NCBI RefSeq assembly: GCF_001194135.2
Contig: NC_068995.1
Location: 20,145,351-20,180,434 of the forward strand
Length of the DNA: 35,084 nt
Source: Octopus bimaculoides
Lineage: Eukaryota
Reading direction: 5' to 3'
Part shown: positions 23,661 to 32,398 of the stretch, in pieces
Numbering within the stretch: the stretch's first letter is position 1
How the letters are laid out: each line of letters begins with the position of its first letter
Position numbers and translations under genes: made by a program
Notes under the pieces: generated by a model
What the model was told of the DNA's origin: nothing
The model's input: only the letters and a program-made list of their open reading frames with translations
Database searches by the model: none

Positions 23661-24248
23661 ACAAGGACAGACAGAAGCATACGTGTATATATCTGGGTGT
23701 CTTCTATTTTGTCATTGATATATTGGCATCTATCTATCTACCTATCTCTCTCTCTCTCTCTTTCTACATATATGTGTGTGTATGTGTGTATACAGACCTC
23801 ATATACCTTCTCTCTCTCTCCCTCTCTACTATATATATAGTAGTTTTATAGGATCACGCGCTGTAACAGCGCGTTACAGCATCCACCATTTTTTGGTGAC
23901 TCCCTACTAACCCTAGCGGATGACATCTCTGCACCACTTAGGTGAACGCCTTACCCAAATCCTTGCGTCTGTTATGGTAGTCGTTGCTGGTGAGGTTTTC
24001 ATCAAGTCGTAGTGCAAATCCTTAACCTTTTTTAGTCGCCTTTTTACAATACCCAGGGAAAACAATGGGTCTATGTTTTGATATACCAGTTCCCAATAAA
24101 AAAGAATAAACGTGAAATGAAGTGTTTGCTTAAAAATACAGCACACTTCCGGTCCCGAGAATAAATCGCAAGATCTAATAATCGTGAATGCATCATACTA
24201 TCCACTAGGCCGCGCGCACGCACACACACACACACACACACACACAAA

Positions 24249-24480
24249 GGCGGCGAGCTGGCAGAAACGTTAGCACACCGGGCGAAATGCTTAGCGGTAT
24301 TTCGTCTGCCGCTATGTTCTGAGTTCAAATTCCGCCGAGGTCGACTTTGCCTTTCATCCTTTCGGGGTCGATTAAATAAGTAGCAGTTACGCACTGGGGT
24401 CGGTATAATCGACTTAATCCGTTTGTCTGTCCTTGTTTGTCCCCTCTGTGTGTAGCCCCTTGTGGGTAGTAAAGAAATAA
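24249..24480 (+). mobile_element. SINE family A (tail type 1), full length, little decay
   Basis: GGCGGCGAGCTGGCAGAAACGTTAGC...GAGTTCAAATTCCGCCGAGGTCGACTTTGCCTTTCATCCTTTCGGGGTCG...GTAGCCCCTTGTGGGTAGTAAAGAAATAA; (CA)n on both sides. Confidence 0.92.
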
Positions 24481-24667
24481 CACACACACACATATATATG
24501 CATGCAGGTAATCTTTATCTCCAGCTTAACGTGGAGGCTCTGTTAGAACACAGAACACTTCGTTATTTACTTTCAGAGGACTTCTCATACACACGACGTA
24601 AACAAGAGTGCTTATATGCACCACCACATGAGAGATAGTCTCAAAGCAAATAATGCTATCTAACACA

Positions 24668-24822
24668 ACCTGCTCGTGAAATTAACGAGCAAGTGGCTGA
24701 GTGTTCCACAGAGACGCATGCCCTTAACGTAGTTCTCAGGGAGATTCACCGTGACACAGAATGTGACAAGGCCGGACCTTTGAATGCCACGTACACCTCA
24801 CTTTTACCAGCTGAGTGAACTG
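24668..24822 (-). mobile_element. SINE family E body fragment
   Basis: CCTGCTCGTGAAATTAACGAGCAAGTGGCTGAG...CCCTTAACGTAGTTCTCAGGGAGATTCACCGTGACACAG. Confidence 0.75.
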
Positions 24823-24829
24823 TGTTCTC

Positions 24830-24985
24830 GTGTTTAAGTTCCCATAACTTAGCCTGACGTCAAAAGCGACCGACAGAATAAATAACAGGCTTCAAAATAA
24901 ATATTGGAGTCGATTCTTTCGATTAAAATTCTTCATATCAGTACTCCAACATGGCCGCAGTCTAATGATTGAAACAAATAAAAAA
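24830..24985 (+). mobile_element. SINE family B 3' fragment
   Basis: CCCATAACTTAGC...AACATGGCCGCAGTCTAATGATTGAAACAAATAAAA. Confidence 0.7.
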
Positions 24986-25069
24986 ATAAAAAGAATGTCT
25001 ATGTGTATTTCAGTGGGNNNNNNNNNNNNNNNNGGGGGGGGGGGGGGTAGTGCACGCTCGTGCGTGCGT

Positions 25070-25240
25070 GCATACTTTCAAATTTCAAATTGAAAATTTC
25101 AGACCAATCCACAGAGTGCTATAATTTTATCGCTGGGGGCAATCTGCAGGTAAATTACCTCTGCCAGGTGTAGATTCAGACAGGCTTTATCTGTCTGTGA
25201 CAGATAAAGTTTGACAGGTACACGCTCGCGCGCACGCACA
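25070..25240. repeat. Right arm of inverted repeat pair
   Basis: TCCACAGAGTGCTATAATTTTATCGCTGGGGGC...CTTTATCTGTCTGTGACAGATAAAG...GACAGGTACACGCTCGCGCGCAC. Confidence 0.85.
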
Positions 25241-25364
25241 CACATACACACACACACACACACACTACTTTTAGTTGGTCGATATACATAAACGTGGCCA
25301 AATAATCTCCCTTACAATCATCTGATTATTACTCTAAGATTTTATTCTAATTCATTGACTGGTC

Positions 25365-25623
25365 CTCCGTCGCTTACAACGGTGAGGGTTCCATTGATCT
25401 GATAAAACGGAACAACCCGTTCGTAAAATTAACCGCGTACCCTTAACATGGATATCAAGGAGATTCAGTGTGAAACAGAGTAACAGATTCAACTCACTTT
25501 TGCCAGCCGAGTGGACTGGAGCAACGTGAAATGAAGTATCTTGCTTAAGGACACAACACGTCGTCAGGAATTGAACTCACAACCGTGTGCCGAATACCCT
25601 AACCATTAAGCCATGTGCCTTCA
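25365..25623 (-). mobile_element. tRNA-derived SINE family E with CORE-like segment
   Basis: Minus: GGCACATGGCTTAATGGTTAGGG head, GAGTTCAATTCC B box, TGTGTCCTTAAGCAAGATACTTCATTTCACGTTGCTCCAG (CORE-like). Confidence 0.8.
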
Positions 25624-25759
25624 CCCTAAGTCATTTTGTCTGTGAAGGAATGGTTTTGCGATTACTACGCCGCTGAGATAAGGAATGAGCTGACTCCACA
25701 TTGTAGTGTAATGACTCTTTCTAAAGATAGAAACTAGAAAGTGTAAGACAGACAGTGGG

Positions 25760-26358
25760 AGAGACACGGGGAGAGAGGGAGAGAGAGAAGTGGGGAAGAC
25801 AGAGAATGACAGTGAGAGAAACGGCGAGAATGACAGAGAGACAGACGGAGAGCGAGAGAGTGAATGACAGTGAAAAAGACGGAGAGAGAGAGATAGAGGG
25901 AGCGCGAATGACAGTGAGAAAGACGGAGAGAGAGGGAGAGAGTGAGTGAGTAACAGTGAGAAAGACGGAGAGAGAGAAGGATCGGGAATGACAGTAAGAA
26001 AGCGGGAGAGAGAGAAAGAGAGAGTGAATGACAGAGAGAGAGAGAGAAGAAGAAGAGAGAGAGAATGACAGAGAGAGAGAGCATGACAGAAAGAGAGAGC
26101 ATGACAGAGAGAGAGAGAGCATGACAGAGAGAGAGCATGACAGAGAGAAAGAGAGCATGACAGAGAGAAAGAGAGCATGACAGAGAGAGAGAGAGAGAGA
26201 GCNNNNNNNNNNNNNNNNNNNNNNNNNNNNNNNNNNNNNNNNNNNNNNNNNNNNNNNNNNNNNNNNNNNNNNNNNNNNNNNNNNNNNNACAGAGAGAGAG
26301 AGAGAGAGAGAGCATGACAGAGAGAGAGAGAGAGCATGACAGAGAGAGAGAGAGAGAG
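25760..26358. repeat. Compound (GA)n minisatellite with recurring (A/GC)ATGACA spacers
   Basis: Repeated GAGAGAGCATGACA and AATGACAG units around an N gap. Confidence 0.9.
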
Positions 26359-27012
26359 TCGTTTATTGTTGGAATTATACTCAGCAATATTTACCAAATC
26401 GCACTCAACCGGTTTATGTTAATTCTTTTAGTTCAAGAACGACTGTTTCGCCCCCTACATGAAAGTTTCAAAATAGTATCCATATCTGACACTAAATTTG
26501 TATGCTTAAAGCGATATACCCGTTATGATACACCTCTCGCAACTTAGCGAAATAAGGCCTAAAATTACATCTGAAGATGTCTCTTGATTATCGAGATACG
26601 AAGCGCAAATGGATCAATATAATAACTATTGAGTTAACTGCTAAGATAAGTGGATTAACTGATTATCCATTAAAAAATCCCTTGAAAAGCCAACTTCCAA
26701 ACTCACAAACGGACATGTTGTTTGTTGCTCAATAAACGTTTGTGAAATATCAACACCAACGTCCATGCTTTTTTTGTTTAATTTTTCTTTATTGGTAACA
26801 GAGTTAATTTATTTCTATAAGCCACGTCTAATCAAGTAAAAGTAATTAGTCATTGTCACTTGCAGTGCAACTTACTAAACTAAAACGTAAGAACACATGG
26901 GATAATGTAGTCCTTGATAACCCGTGTCAGAAAAAATGTCGGAAGGTCATGGTTAAAACAAGTTTGGGCTTACAACTAGCCTGCAGTTAAACTACAATAA
27001 CACAGTTATAAA

Positions 27013-27295
27013 TATAATTTAAGAGATGAGGAATTATGTACATTATTCACATTATTTACATTTGGCGGATATTTGTCCTCGTCTTGTTTGTTGTTAACAC
27101 AACGTTTCGGCTGATATACTCTCCAGCCTTCATCGGGTGTCTTGGCGAAATTTCGAACCTGGGTTCTCATTCCTAAGGTATTTTTTGATGTTGTTGTTGT
27201 TGTTATTATTATTATTATTCAGGTCACTGCCTGGAATCGAACTCGGAATTTTGGGGTTAGTAGTGCGCGCTCTTAACCACTACGCCATAAGCCCG
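27013..27295 (-). mobile_element. tRNA-headed SINE-like element with (AAT/AAC)n linker and Penelope-type hammerhead tail
   Basis: Minus strand reads: A box TGGCGTAGTGG (27287-27277), B box GAGTTCGATTCC (27244-27233), then (AAT)n(AAC)n, then ...AAGACACCCGATGAAGGCTGGAGAGTATATCAGCCGAAACGTTGTGTT... and an AT-rich tail. Confidence 0.7.
27096..27141 (-). ncRNA. Minimal Penelope-type hammerhead ribozyme, core U4>C in this copy
   Basis: Stem I GACAC/GUGUU; core CCGAUGA plus an extra A; stem II GGCUG-GAGAGUAUAU-CAGCC; GAAAC-GUU with palindromic AACGUU stem III; predicted cut between 27101 and 27100. Confidence 0.7.
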
Positions 27296-27357
27296 TTGTT
27301 TTAACAACAAACAAGATGAGGACAAATATCCGTCAATTGTAAATTATGTAAATAATG
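27294..27357 (+). repeat. 64-bp inverted copy of 27041-27104
   Basis: The reverse complement matches 27041-27104 at 58 of 64 positions by hand alignment. Confidence 0.9.
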
Positions 27358-27414
27358 AACTACGATAACTTCATTCAAAACACTTGCTCGACTCCAGTAT
27401 TAGACTGATAGTAA

Positions 27415-27625
27415 GACGGCCAGCTGGCAGAATTGATAACACGCCGGACAAAATGCTTAACGGCATTTCATCCGTTATTACGTTCTGAATTCAAATTCAG
27501 CCGAGGTCGACTTTTCATTTCATCATTTCGGGGTCGATAGAATGAGTACCAGTTGGACATTGGTACCGATGTAATCGATTTACCCGCTTCTTCGAAATTT
27601 CTGGCCGGCCTTGTACTAAAAAATT
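27415..27625 (+). mobile_element. SINE family A
   Basis: GACGGCCAGCTGGCAGAATTG...GAATTCAAATTCAGCCGAGGTCGAC...TTTCGGGGTCGATAGAATGAGTACCAG. Confidence 0.85.
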
Positions 27626-27974
27626 TCAAAGCATCATTTGACTGACAATCTATGCTATCGACCCCGTAAAATCCACTACAGCGGGATTTAAAGACTGAGT
27701 GTGAAAATCAATTATTGTGAGACAATTTTACTCAATACGTGGTCCTTCATTGAGCTGAAATCAACAGCTAAACCTCTGACAAATGACACCCTTACAGTTT
27801 TAAGTAACGGAATTTTGAGAACCTACGAGTTTTTATTGATATAGAAACGACAGGATTTTCATGACTGGAAAGTCGAGGTCAATACTGTCTTTCATCCAAT
27901 TGGACTTCGATAAAATAACGTGTAATATCTTTCGTCTAAATCCGAAAACAGATATTTCTGTAAAAAAATTAATA

Positions 27975-28065
27975 AATAAAGGCGGTACTCCAGCATGGCC
28001 ACAGTCGCATGACTGAAACAAGTAAAAGAGTAAAAGAGTAAAAGAGTAAAAGAGTAAAAGAGTAA
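27975..28065 (+). mobile_element. SINE family B 3' end with (AGTAAAAG)5.6 tail
   Basis: AAGGCGGTACTCCAGCATGGCCACAGTCGCATGACTGAAACA, then the 8-mer repeat at 28021-28065. Confidence 0.8.
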
Positions 28066-28385
28066 CTGCGTTGCACAAGGCTAGCGCAAGAAGATCAAAA
28101 TTATTTTTGCAACAATATCCACGTTTTTTAGAAAGAAGGATATACTGGTAATCCATCTCCTTAAAGATATGGAGCACTGTCTTATCTAATGTGTCCTTCA
28201 CATTATTAAAACGATAAAGCGGTAATTTGAAGTAGACTTGGTTGCTATTTCTAGCTCGACATACTTTATCAGTCATTAGTGTTTTGCTTCATCCATGTGA
28301 GTCTGGAAATCCAGTAGATTTATCACTAAGCCTATTCAAACTATGGCCCCTCCGTTTCTTTACTTGTAAATTGGATTACATTGTC

Positions 28386-28441
<56 letters not shown>

Positions 28442-28692
28442 NNNNNNNNNNNNNNNNNNNNNNNNNNNNNNNNNNNNNNNNNNNNNNNNNNNNNNNNNNN
28501 NNNNNNNNNNNNNNNNNNNNNNNNNNNNNNNNNNNNNNNNNNNNNNNNNNNNNNNNNNNNNNNNNNNNNNNNNNNNNNNNNNNNNNNNNNNNNNNNNNNN
28601 NNNNNNNNNNNNNNNNNNNNNNNNNNNNNNNNNNNNNNNNNNNNNNNNNNNNNNNNNNNNNNNNNNNNNNNNNNNNNNNNNNNNNNNNNNNN

Positions 28693-28753
28693 ATGGTGGT
28701 GGTGTTAGTAGTGGTGGTGGTGGTGGTGGTGGTGGTGGGTTTTGGTGGTGTTT

Positions 28754-28798
<45 letters not shown>

Positions 28799-28800
28799 AC
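28693..28800. repeat. (GGT)n-(AGT)n microsatellite
   Basis: Read directly. Confidence 0.95.
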
Positions 28801-29332
28801 AGCAGCTTGCATGCTTTGGTGCTGAAAACTAACAGACTGAAAACTAATACAGGACAGTTTCCCTTCAGTTCCTACAACACTCACGCAGGTTTGCAAAACA
28901 GCGATCGATATCAACAGATAAATGGGCCGCATCGTTCTTTTTTTATATATCCGTCCACTAGACTCAATGATTGCGACAAAACAATTATCAATTAGTGTGA
29001 CAGGTGCGCAAAAGTACGCTGTCGGTCACCTGATACGCCGTTAGAAGATTGAATAAAAATGGTTGATTGTCTGGCTGTCTGGTTGTCTGGCTGGTGTCCG
29101 ACTGGCTATTATCAAGGCTGTCTGATCTGACTGGCTAGATGCATAGCTGGCAAATAGCATGGCTTGTCTGTCTATCTATCTACCTATCTATCTATCTGAA
29201 TGTAGCAAAGATGGTGCGTGCAAGTGACGATACCTCTTTGAGCATGATCCTATAAATCGACAAAAAATTTTTTTAAAAAAAGAGAGAGAGAGAGCACTTC
29301 GCTCTCATGTGTCTATTCCCTGCTGAGGTTAC

Positions 29333-29419
29333 CATGGTCTTTTCAGTAGGCTTTTCTCTCCATGGATAAACCTAATGTTACCCGATTTTACAAAATTGAC
29401 ATTTTCTGTGATATACGAT
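29333..29419 (-). CDS. Candidate partial exon running into N gap
   Basis: SYITENVNFVKSGNIRFIHGEKSLLKRP(W), ending at TG|GTAACC donor; acceptor would lie in the gap. Confidence 0.3.
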
Positions 29420-29995
29420 NNNNNNNNNNNNNNNNNNNNNNNNNNNNNNNNNNNNNNNNNNNNNNNNNNNNNNNNNNNNNNNNNNNNNNNNNNNNNNNNN
29501 NNNNNNNNNNNNNNNNNNNNNNNNNNNNNNNNNNNNNNNNNNNNNNNNNNNNNNNNNNNNNNNNNNNNNNNNNNNNNNNNNNNNNNNNNNNNNNNNNNNN
29601 NNNNNNNNNNNNNNNNNNNNNNNNNNNNNNNNNNNNNNNNNNNNNNNNNNNNNNNNNNNNNNNNNNNNNNNNNNNNNNNNNNNNNNNNNNNNNNNNNNNN
29701 NNNNNNNNNNNNNNNNNNNNNNNNNNNNNNNNNNNNNNNNNNNNNNNNNNNNNNNNNNNNNNNNNNNNNNNNNNNNNNNNNNNNNNNNNNNNNNNNNNNN
29801 NNNNNNNNNNNNNNNNNNNNNNNNNNNNNNNNNNNNNNNNNNNNNNNNNNNNNNNNNNNNNNNNNNNNNNNNNNNNNNNNNNNNNNNNNNNNNNNNNNNN
29901 NNNNNNNNNNNNNNNNNNNNNNNNNNNNNNNNNNNNNNNNNNNNNNNNNNNNNNNNNNNNNNNNNNNNNNNNNNNNNNNNNNNNNNNNNNNNNNN

Positions 29996-30040
<45 letters not shown>

Positions 30041-30122
30041 TTCAGTCTCCTGTTCTGGCAATGTTTCTTTTGTATATCCGTAGTGGGGAAATGAATCGTT
30101 GCTGTCTCTTGCGATTGAGCGT

Positions 30123-30169
30123 CCATCATTGACAAGACCAAGGAAGGTCGAAATCACGTGATCTGGTGG
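30123..30169 (+). ncRNA. Type I hammerhead ribozyme, copy 1
   Basis: Stem I CCAUCA/UGGUGG (6 bp); core UUGACAA (U3:A8 can form the tertiary pair); stem II GACC-AAGGAA-GGUC; GAA; stem III within palindrome AUCACGUGAU; AUC cleavage triplet, predicted cut after C30163. Confidence 0.8.
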
Positions 30170-30437
30170 TTTCTACACCGAAGATGACAGGGATTTATCT
30201 CCTGAACCACAAGCCAATATAAGAGTTTTTCCCATAACTACCGCAGTATAGTCTGTTCCAACAGAACATCCACGTTTAAATGGGGATAAATATGACTTCT
30301 CGTTGTTAATATGGCTTCTGTCGCTATTATATATTTTTTTAGCAGGCTCACTGGCCAATAGCGACACCAGTACCCGTTCTAGCACCGTTTTCCTATATAT
30401 CACTGGCGGGGAGATGGAACGGTGCTTCCGCTAATGG

Positions 30438-30498
30438 CCGAGCATCGATTATTGATGAGACCCAGGAAGGTCGAAATCACCTGATCTGGTGGTCTCGG
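30438..30498 (+). ncRNA. Type I hammerhead ribozyme, copy 2
   Basis: Core UUGAUGA (30452-30458); stem II GACC-CAGGAA-GGUC; GAA; stem III AUCA-CC-UGAU; AUC triplet, cut after C30486. Proximal stem I CGAUUA/UGGUGG is weakened; distal helix CCGAG(30438-42)/CUCGG(30494-98) is present. Confidence 0.8.
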
Positions 30499-30959
30499 TG
30501 CCGGAGATAGCGGGGATTTATCTCCCCACAAGCGATATAAACAGGAATGCATTATGAAGCAAAAGCTTATGGTATCTACCGTAGTAAAGTTTGTTGTAAT
30601 GGGGATAAATGTGGGGATAAATGTTATCTTCCGGTATTTATACTGCCTCTGTCACTTTTAAATAAATGTGTGTGTGTGTGTGAGTGTGTGTGAATGTACT
30701 TGGACATAAATAGGTATATATTTATACACCTCTGTGTGAGAGACAGCATGGGTATATCTGTTTGTCTACACATACACACACCCACATAAACACACACAAA
30801 TGCACAGACATATATATTTGTATGTGTGTGTGTATATATATATTACATGTGTGTCTGCTTGTATATATGTAATCATCAGGCGATACAAATACTCAGAGCA
30901 GTTTAATGATAAAATTATGTCTCGGCTAAAAGTACCGGAGTACACTGCAATAGATTTCA

Positions 30960-31245
30960 CGAAACTAATCATAGCTGACGTTAACTACAGTAAGCCTCCT
31001 TGGATTTTAGCGATTATTTTGTATTGTTTTACTATGTTTTCCTTCGTGCGTCTTGATTCCACGTTCGAATCACGCATCTTCCAACTAATAAATCAGTTTG
31101 ACTTATGTTTATTAAACGGGTCATATTACAGTGAAGTAGGAAAGTCACTGAAGCATCGAATAACCTATATTTGCTTATTCGTTCTGGACCTATTCAAAAT
31201 GAGTCCAAAATCCACCGGTCACCCACACCCTGTTTTTCTTTTTTA
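30960..31245 (+). pseudogene. LINE apurinic-like (APE/EEP) endonuclease remnant
   Basis: Within ORF 30800-31273: IIADVNYSKPPW (~GDFNAHHPLW), LINQFDLCLLNGSY (~LCLLNDGSPT), RITYICLFVLDLF (~IDLS), TGHPHPVFL (~SDHFP). Motif order is correct; catalytic residues are degraded. Confidence 0.55.
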
Positions 31246-31769
31246 TCTTTTTATGATCGGTTTATTAAAATAACAATCCAGAACCAGAGTCGATTCCTAT
31301 TTAACTTTTTATTCTCACCCTCTCATTTTTTTCTGTTAGAAACTGACCGGGACTCGACATGAGGGAGAATGAGCTTCGGCAGATTTAGATGTCCAGAGAC
31401 ACGACTTGCATTTCTAAGATTTCATTTTAAGCTGAGGACCCAAGGCAAAGTAAGACCAAATTTCAAATGTGAGCACACTGAATATTGGTCAACTTCATCA
31501 ATACAAAGCAATTGATCTATCGCACTCATTCAAAAATTCTCCGACAAAATTAGGGCGGCTGATAAAAACGATGCCATGTGCACTGACTAACTCACGTAGC
31601 TTATATTTCTGCCCTTTAAATGGTAAGTTCAAATCTCTTTAGGGATTATTAAGCTTTCATCTAACCGGGGGTCATGCTACTGTACCACTAACGTACCCAG
31701 GCAAATTTAATGCGTTACAACTCTCTCGTAAATTGCATCGCTTTTTTTTTTTTTTAAATGAAATTCTGC

Positions 31770-31955
31770 CAAATTTTAATAAAATCAATATTTTGTTTCG
31801 TACTTTTCAAATTTAAGTTCAAATCTCCGAGGAGTCAATTTTTACTTTTCCTTTTCATCCACCCGTGATCGATAAAATAAAAATTAGACAAATATATGGG
31901 GTCGATTTTATCGACCAAACCTCTCCTCTACGAAAACTTGGCCTTGTTCCTAATC
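31770..31955 (+). mobile_element. SINE family A, highly diverged
   Basis: AAGTTCAAATCTCCGAGGAGTCAAT...TTTTCATCCACCCGTGATCGATAAAAT...GGGGTCGAT...GGCCTTGTTCCTA. Confidence 0.55.
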
Positions 31956-32294
31956 AAAACTAATGAATGATTTTGTAGGTTTGTTATTTTTCTATTTCCT
32001 TTGCAACAAGGAGATGAGATCAGTCACATGTACCAAGGTCCTCGGGTTACACTTTTGACAACACCACCGGCTATTTGTAATGCTGTATTCATATATACGC
32101 ATATGTATCTACATATATGAATGTATGTGTACCTAAATTCAATATATATGTCTCTGACGTGAAGGGAGATGAAGAATAGCTGAGATTCAGTGCCTTACCG
32201 TATGTATACATATATGTTTCCAAATTATTTGTGTGTGTGCTGTGAGTGAATGTGCGTATATGTATGTATGTATGTATGTATGTATATCTATCTG

Positions 32295-32348
<54 letters not shown>

Positions 32349-32358
32349 CATCCATCTA

Positions 32359-32398
<40 letters not shown>

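Larger units (their letters stand above)
30049..30655 (+). mobile_element. Retrozyme-like tandem repeat, ~1.9 diverged units of ~323 bp, each with a type I hammerhead ribozyme
   Basis: 30049-30120 aligns by eye with 30373-30443. 30128-30215 (ATTGACAAGACCAAGGAAGGTCGAAATCACGTGATCTGGTGGT...) aligns with 30451-30535 (ATTGATGAGACCCAGGAAGGTCGAAATCACCTGATCTGGTGGT...). AATGGGGATAAAT recurs near 30279 and 30598. The best-conserved block is the ribozyme. Confidence 0.75.

Noticed and set aside
27225-27295. tRNA gene
   Set aside because: A and B boxes are present but there is no convincing acceptor stem or cloverleaf, and it runs into a repeat tail; called a SINE head.
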